From positions 4,340,001 to 4,404,000 of the forward strand of contig NW_025764891.1 of assembly GCF_003918875.1 (NCBI RefSeq): a DNA stretch of 64,000 nt. The letters run 5' to 3'. Below the pieces are notes generated by a model, which was not told where the DNA came from, searched no databases, and saw only the letters and a program-made list of their open reading frames with translations. A program made the translations under genes and the position numbers. This stretch comes from Haliotis rubra (lineage: Eukaryota). This document shows, piece by piece, positions 25,551 to 37,948 of this stretch (the first letter of the stretch is position 1; every line of letters begins with the position of its first letter).

Positions 25551-25921
25551 TATTGCGCCAAGAGTAAGTGAATGAGTGACTTCGGTTTGGCGCTGTTTTG
25601 AACAGTATTCCAGATATATCGGGACCTGTCAGCTTTGAGTGGATGGTAACCCATCAGGTATGCAGGACCATATAGACATTAAGACAGACAGTTGATGTAT
25701 TTCTTAACACCAGCTATATCAGTGTGATTTCAGGGCACATCTGCTGGATTTGAGAGGTTGGTGAAACTTATCTGCGATTATAGCGCTGACATCAGAAAAA
25801 CATTATGAACACCGATCTGAGAATCGAACCCACAACCATAGGTTTCTCATACGTCCAGCTATGCACGGCGACGAGTGGGCCACCCTTTCCCCAATGCTAA
25901 TATGGTTGCTTTCGTTTGAAT

Positions 25922-26086
25922 GTGAGTGAGTGAGTTTAGGTTTACGCCACTTTTAGCCATATTCCAGTAATATCACGGCGGGGGACACCAGAAATGGGCT
26001 TCCACATTGCACCTATGTGGTGAATTGAACCCGGGTCTTCGGCGTGGGGAGCGAACACTTTAACCACAAGGCTATCCCAACGCCCT
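25922..26086 (-). mobile_element. SINE family A
   Basis: Consensus match. Confidence 0.85.
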
Positions 26087-26113
26087 GTTTTCGATTGAAG
26101 AAGATGCTCTCAT

Positions 26114-26170
26114 CTGAACACTACCCTGAACACAACCCTGAACACTACCCTGAACACTACCCTGAACACA
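26114..26170. repeat. 12-bp tandem repeat
   Basis: ctgaacac(t/a)acc, 4-5 copies. Confidence 0.85.
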
Positions 26171-27992
26171 ACCACATAACATGCGCCATGAGCATGCATG
26201 AGCGGGTGGACACTGGCGCTTTACAAATATCCACTATTATTAAAACACCGGCGCATCAGGTACCTAGTCTGTCCTGACAGGCATTCTATCATGTTCTGTA
26301 GTTAACATCAACACGTCATAATCGAGGAACAATGTCTTCTTACGTCAAAACGTCATTATCGATCCACGTCTTCTGAAGTCAACAAGTTCTAATAGATACG
26401 GTTCCTATGATCCTTCTTATGGAATACAGATTACCATTGTGCGAGGATATTACGGACATAAATAGCATACAACATGTTATGCAATTATTGCACGACAGGC
26501 TTTGTCCTCGCTTCATTCCCATAGCACAGTCACAATGATCAACGCTTACAAAGACCATTAAGGACTTGATTTGGCATTAGCAGTTATCTTAATAGGGAGA
26601 TAAACTTTAAGGAATGCCTACATCAGACACGTTTGCTCATATTATTAGTTTACTATTATCATATATTATGGTAATAACGCTTTGGCGAAACATCTTCAAA
26701 GGCCAAACGTCCTTTAGTTTTGTCGTATTAAGCTACAGATTAAACAATCTGTGATGACATTCAGACTGTCATGACTACCAGTACCACTGTACGACAACCA
26801 CTTCATTGTGTGATATTAAAAGCTTACATTCACCAGATGGCAATTCCGTGTTTAATTGGTTCTCTACAAGGCCACGCCCCCCTTTAACTGTCATAATATT
26901 TTAAAATCCAAAATAATTTTTAGCGAAGATGTTTACAAATTTTAAAGATATACAAACAAGAACGAATATAACAAACTAAATATCAAACTCACAATTCGAG
27001 CCCATTATCACTCTGCAGAGAGAATTTCGTAGACTAACAACTAATCTCTGAAATGAACATATTTTACAGAAAAATGTTCATAGTAAAAAAATATAATATA
27101 ATGAAAAGGAGCCCTGAGACTTTCTTTATTTTCAGTCGAAATCTAGACTTGCCACATTTTCTAGACTTGCGTGGGCTTTCTTGGTTATATTTGCTTCGGG
27201 GTCTGTATGGCAGGCTAAGAATTTCGGTGCCTGAGATGATGAAATAGACATGAATTGCAGCCTACGCCTTGAACGAGCTCTGTCACTGCAGGGTGAAAAC
27301 AACACACTGGGAAGTTAAACATCACACAACGAGCTCTGATTGCCTTATCAGGGTTATACAACCGTGACTATCCACTGGCTATAAAGAAACAATTATTCTT
27401 TTCATAACTATTTTTATGAGACTTATAATGTATTTGAATCTTATAAATCATCATCACATGTTTGGAAGAGTCTGTTTCAAGGCCATATGCTCCAAGGCAA
27501 GCAGCTGTCACCGTAACGACAAACGCCTTCATCACAACGCCGCGGCGATTGTAGCTGACAATTGTCTTTCTTACAAAGGTTTGACGAATATAGTTTTTAA
27601 AGTCCCAGTAGGATTAACAACGTCTGTGAATAAACATACACGTTACACTGAGGATTTCCTGCAGCGATTGATCAAATTAACATTAAAATATCCACGTTCC
27701 TGACAATGTTTGTCAAATATTCGAATATGTCCACAGGCCATGTTTTGACTTAATTTATAACGCCTGCTGTTAATCATACAATGAATACTGGGATCGTATT
27801 TTTACCACGAGAATGAAAACGGGTCGTTGTAAGAGTGAGGTTTTACGCCGCCTCAAAATGTATCTTTGTATGTTTCATTGAGCAAGGTTGGACCTTCCAG
27901 AATTGTCAACATCAAACCCATTTCAATAATAATGTATTCACGGGATGTTTCCAACCATGTCAAAAGCGTGTGTTGATTAATCCAGTAATATA

Positions 27993-28148
27993 ATGTGCGA
28001 GTTTTACGCCGTTTTTAGCAATATTCCAGCAATGTCAAGGCGGGGACACCAGAAATGGGCTTAACACATTGTACCCATGTGGGGAATCGAACCTGGGTCT
28101 TCGGCGTGATTAGCGAACGCTTTAACCACTAGGCTACCCCACCGCCCC
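27993..28148 (-). mobile_element. SINE family A
   Basis: TSD tccagtaatata. Confidence 0.9.
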
Positions 28149-29370
28149 TCCAGTAATATAGTGATGACACCAGGTGTTTGTGAGACATGCGAGTACTCTA
28201 CCCCATCGGTGGCACCCATTACACACATGCAAAGACAAGGAAACACAAAAACACACGAGCACATTCAGTGCAAGATAAAGTAGGGAAATATCGGACATAG
28301 CTTTGGGCATACCCATGTTAGGAATTAAACCGAGATTTCTGTGTTATGGACGAAAGCTTTAACCATAGGAGCATTACTTCGCTGCGGATATGTATACTTG
28401 CGTAACGGAAAATACAGTGAAATTTGTGTTGATATGGACATGAACACTGCCTCGTTCGAGATCCGTGCTCACATATGAATTAATCCTGGGAACTCTACAC
28501 ATGATATAAAAATATCATACTGAGGTCGTGCAATGCTAATTTATTTCCATGTTAAAAACAGATTTAACTTCAGCCATATCACAGGAGCTGTGCCGTTCTG
28601 CTCCGAGAAAACCAGAGTGAACAGTGTTCTATGACGACGTGTCGTCTAAGCGTGAGAGGAAAGCATGTAGTGTTGCATTCCGAATAAGTCACACGATAGG
28701 TTTACAAGGAAATAAGTCTATTAATGAGCACCCATTCATACAATTTTGGCACACTTGCCCATGACACTATTGATTATGTTAGTTGTTCTGAATTTTCAAT
28801 TTCCGTACTTTTAAAAATCCCCAACAGTTTGACATTTTGATGACATTGAGTGCTGACATGATATATATTAAAGGAACAATCTCAGACAATGTCAATATAT
28901 AACTAAATCAGTTCTAGACATCACTGGCGTCATGATGGCTGTAGATGTACGTCCTCGTGACAATACTATTTGTGTCTTTCACTTAAAGGACTGCACGTTT
29001 GCTATATCAAGGTAGTCTTAGATGTAATTCTGTTTATGTGCAATACTCTTTCACCTCACGCAGTAAAGGCGTACTGATATAATGATACCGCCAGAAGTAC
29101 GTCTTCGTGACGGTTATGTTTCGTATCCTTTCACCATAAAGGTAACATGTTACTGATATCATGATAGCAACTGATGTACGTCAAAGTGCCAGCAATGACA
29201 CTGGCGATGTATTCAGGTAATGTGAATGTCATTTGACAATCAATATACGTCTTCATGACACAGTATGGTTTGCTTGGGTTTTGGGTTTTTTCATGGATAC
29301 AGATATCACGAATACAGACGTATCGTGTCGACGATATTGATTCACGATAAGTTGCTTTCAACCTAATAAT

Positions 29371-29709
29371 AGGTGAGGTGAAATGGGGTTTAACGTTGCA
29401 CTCGAGAACATTTCGCTCATGTGATGACGTACATGCGTGTGTATGTGTGGCTGCTTGTACTAGCCCCGACTGGTTAAATAGCTAGCCCACTGAGATACCA
29501 TGCAGCAGTGAAGCATGTATACCCCACTCAGACACATTATCCTGACTCCGAGCCGACCAGACTTTGTTATACCCATTAATGTTGAGTGCCAGGCAGGGAC
29601 CAACAAGTACCATATTTTAACGTCTTTTGGTATGACGTGGCCAGGGATCGAACCCGCGACCTTCCGCTCTCCGGGCAGACGCTCTAACCACTACACCACG
29701 GAGGTGGTC
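29371..29709 (-). mobile_element. Family C SINE (older remnants at ~6050-6170, 43080-43250, 47290-47510)
   Basis: Reverse complement of the 61331 consensus. Confidence 0.82.
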
Positions 29710-30060
29710 TGAAGTAAAATGAACGTCATGCCATGGCACACGATGTACGTCCTCATGACGACAGATTGGTTTGCTGTTGTTTTTAGTCATTTGCATGATC
29801 AATATCATGGATACAGATGTATTGTATCGCCCATGCGATTCACGACGTTTTCACAAGTTGACGTCACCCCAATAATAGATGAACGCCACCATGACGACAA
29901 GGGGTCGTTTTCGCTTTGCGTACCACGCATCACATGTATCCAGTACGTTTTCATGATAATAGTCGTGGGGTTTTGGCCTTGCACCACATAACGATACCGT
30001 CAAAGTAACGTCTCCATGACGGCACTACGATTCATCAAGAAAAAATATACTTTTTCTTAC

Positions 30061-31036
30061 CTTTGACGAGTCTGTTGACGTAATCTGGATGTTGGACCAG
30101 GCATTCCAAGCCCAGTTTGGAGTTCATCACCACTTTGATACAAGCCACACATTCAAGGAGAAGCAGGGCATCAGACAGCTGGGTTACCCGTTTACTTCCA
30201 AGGGTGTCCACACAGTCCAGCAGTGCGTCCAGACCTTTGGCGTCCAGGAATCCTTGCATCCATTCTTTCCCACTGGACTTTACCTTCTTCTTCAAAGCAC
30301 CGAACGTGTTCACAGACGGTAGTTTTAACACACTCACACAAATCTCAGGATCACACTGCTCCAAATCAATATTCATCAACGTCGCGCTTATTTTTCGACG
30401 AAGTATGTGTTTAATTCCCTTTTTAGGCTTTTGATTTTCTTTTTCAGATCCTGTTCCATGTTCCGAATCAACAGAGCTCTCACTGTACATTTCGTTCAGT
30501 AACAAACTCGCTTCTTTCTCCGATATGGTCTCCAAGTGACTCAAGCTTGAGGTTTGGGAGTCGCCAGAGTCGGTCAATTCACTTTCTTTCGAGCCTGTCT
30601 GTGCAAATTTAGTATCCGCGCCCTCACGTTTGCTGTCGCCTGAAGCTTGTGATGCAAGCAAAGTCACATTGTCGTCTCCACAAGACGGCGAACTGTTTAA
30701 CTTAGCCATATCACTACCTTTCAGTGTTTCCTCCTCTCGCACGTGAGATTCAACGCTGGACTTGTTGGTATGGATCGTGTCGTCTGCTACTGAGGCGTCC
30801 GCCATGTCTTCTGAGTGCGCGTGACGGTCACGGCTGAGTAGCACAGCTTGATCCGTCGCTCTGTTATTTATAGTTTGTTTCACGGAACTAACCTCGGCAT
30901 GTTTCGTCTCATCCTCTCTGTCTTTCCTTCCTTTCTTTTTCCTCCCAGATTTGGGGCTCTTTTTGTCTTTTTCTCTGGGAGCCGAGCGACGGGACCCCCA
31001 CACCAAGTTGGACACCCGTCTGAACAGGCTCGACAT
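30061..31036 (-). CDS. INF2: First coding exon of an inverted formin-2-like gene (N-terminal extension plus first half of DID/GBD-FH3 domain), intact copy
   Basis: Acceptor ttgtttcag|G at 31048, ATG at 31036, 325 codons plus 1 nt to donor AAG|gtaaga at 30061 (phase 1). DPEICVSVLKLPSVNTFGALKKKVKSSGKEWMQGFLDAKGLDALLDC...SDALLLLECVACIKVVMNSKLGLECL aligns without gaps to human INF2 as recalled ([47 protein letters not shown]...[26 protein letters not shown]). Downstream exons were not found in the window. Confidence 0.88.
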
Positions 31037-31208
31037 GTTGGACCAAACCTGAAACAATATTACGTTTAAATGACACATTTTTTTTCCATATAGGAAAATT
31101 ATCAGCATTGTCATCCATCGTCCAAACATCAGATAAAACCAACTCAGGCATTCATGTTGTGCTAAGCAGACTGGCCATGACGATGGAATTTCAGCTATGA
31201 CTACTCAC

Positions 31209-31450
31209 CTTAGGGTATTATAACCTCCTATTAACCTTCATACATTCACACTTTCACCAGGTCGTCTGTTCCCAAATATGTTCAATATTCATCAACGACT
31301 GATCACGCAATTAATCCAACTTCTGTGAATAACACGTTGAAGTTTTGTTGACCTGTCGCCTCCTGTTTACCCTGAATATACCACGAGGAGTGTATTTCCA
31401 GGTCGACCCAGTTCGTCGCACACCCATCCCGATAACACTATCCCAGATAG
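31209..31450 (-). other. Probable 5' UTR exon of the INF2-like gene (second copy ends at 33493); upstream boundary uncertain
   Basis: Consensus donor AAG|gtgagt at 31209/31208, giving a 160-nt intron to the acceptor at 31049. Confidence 0.5.
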
Positions 31451-31647
31451 CCCGCCCTCACATAAGCACTTACCCGTTATTGTCGTCTGCTACCCACGTT
31501 GACATAACATTTCCTGTTTTCATATTTATGAAAGAAGTGTTTGGATGTGTCGTCTGCTCGTAGGTAGATTGCGTCGTTATGTCGGAATACTTATTAAATT
31601 GATAATGTGTGTGGATATGCAATTCATAGCTGTTAGAATTTAATTAA

Positions 31648-31755
31648 ATATACTCATGCCAATAATGGTTGTCACCCCTTCAAATTTTTTTTATTGGAGA
31701 GGGTAGGGGGTTGGGGTGGGGAGGTGGGTGACAACCATTATTGGCATGAGTATAT
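31648..31755. mobile_element. Short MITE with 30-bp inverted arms and G-rich spacer (second copy ~33931-34040)
   Basis: atatactcatgccaataatggttgtcaccc and gggtgacaaccattattggcatgagtatat. Confidence 0.75.
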
Positions 31756-31871
31756 GAGGTCGAGTTAAGGTGTGGATATCAGTGAACGTCACTGGGAATA
31801 ACTTGTGTTTCAGTCGCTTCATTTCCGCATGTAGGTATATGGTGACTCACTGGCTATCACTAAACACTACA

Positions 31872-32032
31872 CAGGGCGGATACAGCTTTTAGAGAAAGGG
31901 GGTACATACTATTGAGAAAAGGGAGGGTGCACACTTCATTTTCACCCGAGTTTCAATGGTCATTTAATAAACTTTTCAGGATAAAAAAAAGGTGCGCACC
32001 CCACCCCACCCCACCCTCTGGATCCGTCTATG
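31872..32032. mobile_element. GGCGGATCCAG-type MITE (relatives at ~34157-34316 and 36931-37141)
   Basis: cagggcggatacag ... ctggatccgtctatg imperfect TIRs. Confidence 0.5.
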
Positions 32033-32344
32033 CAACAACACTGTGTAGGGCTTAAACAGTTTCAAATATTTGCCGGGCCATTTCATACAAGCTACAAGGA
32101 CGTTGTTATGGAGACGACGAGGTTGGAACTGTCTTTAGCTGTAACTGTAATTTGGAGAGTATGTGACGATACGACTGTAATGAATTGCAGGGTAGCTCGC
32201 CGCTGCATGTTAATTTGTGGGGAATCGAACCCGGGTCTTCGGCGTGAGGAGGGAACGCATTAACCACTTGGCTACCTCACCGCCCCACATAATTATGTAG
32301 ATATACGTGATTTTGAAAGATACCCCGCAATTTCTTTTTCTTAC

Positions 32345-33322
32345 CTTTGACGAGTCTGTTGACGTAATCTGGATGTTGGACCAGGCATTCCAAGCCCAGT
32401 TTGGAGTTCATCACCACTTTGATACAAGCCACACATTCAAGGAGAAGCAGGGCATCAGACAGCTGGGTTACCCGTTTACTTCCAAGGGTGTCCACACAGT
32501 CCAGCAGTGCGTCAGACCTTTGGCGTCCAGGAATCCTTGCATCCATTCTTTCCCACTGGACTTTACCTTCTTCTTCAAAGCACCGAACGTGTTCACAGAC
32601 GGTAGTTTTAACACACTCCACACACAAATCTCAGGATCACACTGCTCCAAATCAATATTCATCAACGTCGCGCTTATTTTTCGACGAAGTATGTGTTTAA
32701 TTCCCTTTTTAGGCTTTTGATTTTCTTTTTCAGATCCTGTTCCATGTTCCGAATCAACAGAGCTCTCACTGTACATTTCGTTCAGTAACAAACTCGCTTC
32801 TTTCTCCGATATGGTCTCCAAGTGACTCAAGCTTGAGGTTTGGGAGTCGCCAGAGTCGGTCAATTCACTTTCTTTCGAGCCTGTCTGTGCAAATTTAGTA
32901 TCCGCGCCCTCACGTTTGCTGTCGCCTGAAGCTTGTGATGCAAGCAAAGTCACATTGTCGTCTCCACAAGACGGCGAACTGTTTAACTTAGCCATATCAC
33001 TACCTTTCAGTGTTTCCTCCTCTCGCACGTGAGATTCAACGCTGGACTTGTTGGTATGGATCGTGTCGTCTGCTACTGAGGCGTCCGCCATGTCTTCTGA
33101 GTGCGCGTGACGGTCACGGCTGAGTAGCACAGCTTGATCCGTCGCTCTGTTATTTATAGTTTGTTTCACGGAACTAACCTCGGCATGTTTCGTCTCATCC
33201 TCTCTGTCTTTCCTTCCTTTCTTTTTCCTCCCAGATTTGGGGCTCTTTTTGTCTTTTTCTCTGGGAGCCGAGCGACGGGACCCCCACACCAAGTTGGACA
33301 CCCGTCTGAACAGGCTCGACAT
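32345..33322 (-). pseudogene. INF2: Duplicate of the INF2-like exon with a frameshift
   Basis: Near-identical to 30061-31036 with the same splice sites. Has a +3 insertion near 32618 (ICVWSVLK) and a -1 deletion near 32513 (gcgtcagacc vs gcgtccagacc), giving a premature stop at 32468. Confidence 0.75.
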
Positions 33323-35008
33323 GTTGGACCAAACCTGAAACAATATTACGTTTAAATGTCACATTTTTTCCATATAGGAAAATTATCAGCATTGTCATCC
33401 ATCGTCCAAACATCAGATAAAACCAACTCAGGCATTCATGTTGTGCTAAGCAGACTGGCCATGACGATGGAATTTCAGCTATGACTACTCACCTTGGGGT
33501 ATTATAACCTCCTATTAACCTTCATACATTCACACTTTCACCAGGTCGTCTGTTCCCAAATATGTTCAATATTCATCAACGACTGATCACGCAATTAATC
33601 CAACTTCTGTGAATAACACGTTGAAGTTTTGTTGACCTGTCGCCTCCTGTTTACCCTGAATATACCACGAGGAGTGTATTTCAGGTCGACCCAGTTCGTC
33701 GCACACCCATCTCGATAACACTATCCCAGATAGCCCGCCCTCACATATGCACTTACCCGTTATTGTCGTCTGCTACCCACGTTGACATAACATTTCCTGT
33801 TTTCATATTTATGAAAGAAGTGTTTGGATGTGTCGTCTGCTCGTAGGTAGATTGCGTCGTTATGTCGGAATACTTATTAAATTGATAATGTGTGTGGATA
33901 TGCAATTCATAGCTGTTAGAATTTAATTAAATATACTCAAGCCAATAATGGTTGTCACCCCCTTCAATTTTTTTTTTATTGGAGAGGGTAGGGGGTTGGG
34001 GTGGGGAGGTGGGTGACAACCATTATTGGCATGAGTATATGAGGTCGAGTTAAGGTGTGGATATCAGTGAACGTCACTGGGAATAACTTGTGTTTCAGTC
34101 GCTTCATTTCCGCATGTAGGTATATGGTGACTCACTGGCTATCACTAAACACTACACAGGGGCGGATACAGCTTTTAGAGAAAGGGGGGTACATACTATT
34201 GAGAAAAGGGAGGGTGCACACTTCATTTTCACCCGAGTTTCAATGGTCATTTAATAAACTTTCAGGACAAAAGGGGGGTGCGCACCCCACCCCCCCCACC
34301 TCTGGATCCGTCTATGCAACAACACTGTGTAGGGCTTAAACAGTTTCAAATATTTGCCGGGCCATTTCATACAAGCTACAAGGACGTTGTTATGGAGACG
34401 ACGAGGTTGGAACTGTCTTTAGCTGTAACTGTAATTTGGACAGTATGTGACGATACGACTGTAACGAATTGCAGGGGTAGCTCGCCGCTGCATGTTAATT
34501 TGTGGGGAATCGAACCCGGGTCTTCGGCGTGAGGAGGGAACGCATTAACCACTTGGCTACCTCACCGCCCCACATAATTATGTAGATATACGTGATTTTG
34601 AAAGATACCCCGCAATTTACCAGTATTTTCCATTGTGATATGTAGCCATAAGTATTTCATACAGTGGTGTACGGTATGAATAAAATACTTGGACATGTCA
34701 GCTATGTACAAATGTGAAATCTAATTCAATGGCAAACGTAATTCTACATTTGTAACGAGTAGGCTACCTTTAAGAGACATTATAAGGCAATGGTCACAAA
34801 CAAGCTGTTGAGACTAAATCACGTGTTGTTTGTACGAAAGATACCATGCGAAGCATTCTGTACATAGCTATATTTGTATGTTGATGACGGTTGTTCTCCA
34901 TCAAAAACCTGCATATCAGGTTTAACGTGTAACATGGTCTCGCAGAGTGTGGTCTCATAATAATAAGGTTTGAAAACGACCCCACGTACTACAGACTATA
35001 GTATTTAT

Positions 35009-35176
35009 GGGGCGGTGGGTAGCCTAGTGGTTAAAGCATTCGCTCCTCACGCTGAAGACTCGGGTTCGATTCCCCATATGGGTACAATGTGTGAAGCCCA
35101 TTTCTGGAGTTCCCCGCCGTGATATTGCTGGAATATTGCTAAGGGCGGCGGTAACCAAACTCAGTCGGTCAGTCAG
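35009..35176 (+). mobile_element. SINE family A
   Basis: Consensus match. Confidence 0.87.
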
Positions 35177-35186
35177 TAATAATGTT

Positions 35187-36351
35187 AACAAGGATTGTCA
35201 CTAAGGTGACATAATCCCCCGCCGCAAATTATCAAATCAAACTTATAAAGTAATGAAAGTTTAAGTTAAATGTCAACAAACACATGACCAGTCAACCTCT
35301 CTTGATATCTTGCTCTTTAGGTGTTCAAACACGCACATATTTTCAAGACTGACTTTGACCTTGACATGAATGTCATAGTGTATGAAATATGCAAAAATAG
35401 TTCTAAAGAAATTGCTTAGTGAAAAAACATTCAAGGGAAGTCTTCAAAGTCTATGAAGAAAATCCAGTGAACCGTTCTTGAAATATCTTGCTTACAATTC
35501 AGGTTAACATGCTGAAATCTTCAAAGTGTTATAGTGACCCTGAAAATTATGTGAAGGTCACCAAACTGGGCCTTCCCTGGATGAAGCTTGGTGTCAAATA
35601 TAAAGAAAATCCAGTCAATAGTTTTTTGCGATATCTTGCTGACTATCTTAACATGCAATTTAATATGCTGAAATCTATAAAGTGTCTCTGTGATCTAGAA
35701 AATTAAGTGAAGGTCACCAAAATAGACTGGGCCCTGCCCCTTCCCTCGATAAAGCTTGGTTTCAAATATGAAGAAAATCCAGTGAACGGTTCTTGATATA
35801 GCTTAACATGCAGGTTTACATGCTGAAATCTTCAAAGTGTCGCCATGACCTTAACAATTATGTGAAGGTCACCAAAATCGACTGGGCCGTGCGCCTTCTC
35901 TAGATAAAGCTTGGTATTGAATATGAAGAAAATCCAGTGAACGGTTCGATAGCTTAACATGCAGGTAAAACGTAAAAGTCCCCGTGACCTTGAAAAAGAA
36001 GGTCAAGGTCACCAAACCTGACTTGGGCCTTTCTTATACTGTGATGAACCTAGGTACCAAATATGAAAAGAATTTAGTGAACTGACTGAGTTTAGTTTTA
36101 CGCCGCTTTTAGCAATATTCCAGCAATATCACGGCGGGGGACACCAGAAATGGGCTTAACACATTATGCCCATGTGGGGAATCGAACCCGGGTCTTCGGC
36201 GTGACGAGCCAACGCTTTAACCACTAGGCTACCCCACCGCCCCAGAATTTAGTGAAAGGTTCTTAAGATATTCCAATTCGTACGTACGTACGGACGGACG
36301 GAGCCTAATACTATATCCCCCGCTTCGCGCTAAACGCGCGGCGGGGGATAA
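35187..36351 (+). mobile_element. HINE/pearl-like non-autonomous Helentron-type element
   Basis: Starts AACAAG with hairpin tgtcac-taag-gtgaca. About five internal 145-170 bp repeats (atgaagaaaatccagtgaac; gtgacct..aaggtcacc), an (acgg)n microsatellite, and a 3' hairpin tatcccccgc...gcgggggata. Confidence 0.75.
36082..36243 (-). mobile_element. SINE family A inserted in the HINE element
   Basis: TSD agaatttagtgaa. Confidence 0.9.
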
Positions 36352-36512
36352 TTATGCTCGTACCTGTTTAAACTGTTATGGGGGGCGGTGACTAAAACTG
36401 ATTCGAAAATGTCGCGACAGCTGTAATATTACACCCACTAACCTACCCATAAACCCGCCTTCCAACTCAATCCTCCACCTGCCTTCCCGCTCATGCGCAG
36501 TCACCCACCCAG

Positions 36513-36674
36513 AGTAAGTAAGTTTGGTTTTACGCCACTTTCAGCAATATTCCAGTAATATCACGGCGGGGGACACCAGAATGGGCTTCACACATTGAAC
36601 TCATGTGTGGAATCGAACCCGGGCCTTCGGCGTGACGAGCGAACGCTTTAACCACTAGGCTACCCCACCGCCCC
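36513..36674 (-). mobile_element. SINE family A
   Basis: TSD cacccacccag. Confidence 0.88.
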
Positions 36675-36943
36675 TCCACCCACCCAGGACCCACTTACAC
36701 ACCCGCAATACCACCCATCCGTCTACCGACTCACTCTCCCTTGGGTTATTCGTCACACTTACAAGTGCGACACAGAAATGCACTCACAAGGATAACCATC
36801 ATCTTATTTAGTTACTGCTACAGACAACGATGGGGACTCTGATAATGATAATGATGTCGGTATGATGTCAGGTAAATAATAGGTGTATCACATGGGCAAT
36901 CACGGTTGACACATATTCGGCTGACACTGACAGTGGCGGATCA

Positions 36944-36963
36944 AGTGTGTGTGTGTGTGTGTG

Positions 36964-37004
<41 letters not shown>

Positions 37005-37022
37005 GCGTGCGCGCGCGCGCGT
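36944..37022. repeat. (GT)n/(GC)n microsatellite (others: (GA)n 18136-18167, (TC)n(TG)n 53929-53970, (GAAC)n 40773-40800, (TTTG)n 38569-38615)
   Basis: Directly visible. Confidence 0.9.
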
Positions 37023-37744
37023 GTTTTGTGTTTGTGTGGTGGGGTTTCCAAGGTGTTCGAACCCCTCATTTTGGTAACCCCCTGGAACACACACATACCC
37101 CACCCACCCCCATTCAAAATTCCTGCATCCGCCCGAGACTGACACTAACATTATTAAATGTTTCCTCGTTCGGTTTGAACAATTTACATTTTACCTTACT
37201 AGGAAATAAATTAAACGAGAAATAAATAAACAATTCATCGAAATAAATGAATAAAGGAAGTTACGAAGTATACATGTTCCGTGTTGTTTAAGTATGAATG
37301 TCGTAGAGAATCTTGATTGATAGTCATCGAAGTGTTCTTACAACTGTCTCTGAGCATTCTGAAGCGTTGAGTCAGGCGACATTCATTTGACTTCCTGTAC
37401 AGTTTTTCCTCTGTCGTAATTAAGTTAAAGTAAATACTCCATTGTCTTGATATACCGTCTGAAAAGGGCCGAGGCATCGGCAAGTATACCAGTACAAGCA
37501 AGTGATTCAAAATCGATCAGTTTTTATGTCAGCACAAACATTAAAATGAGACTCGTCTAAAATCATCAACAGCGGACTTATAATGACGTCATACAATTCA
37601 CGCACGTACTATTTATAACAGTTATTCCTAACTAACATATTACTGAAGCTGTATAGCGACATATATGCATGCATGTGCGTGCGTGCATGCGTGCGTGCTT
37701 CTAACAGTCCGGTCTAATGTCTGTTTTATTATGACACCGATGTA

Positions 37745-37948
37745 TTTGTTTGTTTATTCCTTAACCGGTCTGTTAATCATCTGGACCAGACAATCCGGTG
37801 ATGAACATCGTGAGCATCGATCTACGCAATTTGGGTACGATGACATGTGTCAACCAAGTCAGCGAGCCTGACCACCCGATCCCGTTAGTCGCCTCTTACG
37901 ACAAGCATGGGTTACTGAAGACCAATTCCAACCCGGATCTTCACGGGC
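37745..37948 (-). mobile_element. Family B retroposon (3' part degenerate)
   Basis: gcccgtgaagatccgggttggaattggtcttcagtaacccatgcttgtcgtaagaggcgactaacggg on the minus strand. Confidence 0.8.

Larger units (their letters stand above)
30050..34618. repeat. Tandem segmental duplication, 2 x ~2.28 kb (30050-32333, 32334-34618)
   Basis: Directly visible identity. Both units end in gaaagataccccgcaattt; differences are a few substitutions and small indels. Confidence 0.95.

Noticed and set aside
30035-31129. Full 364-aa ORF as called in the ORF track
   Set aside because: Both ends run into intron sequence. Splice signals delimit the coding part to 30061-31036.
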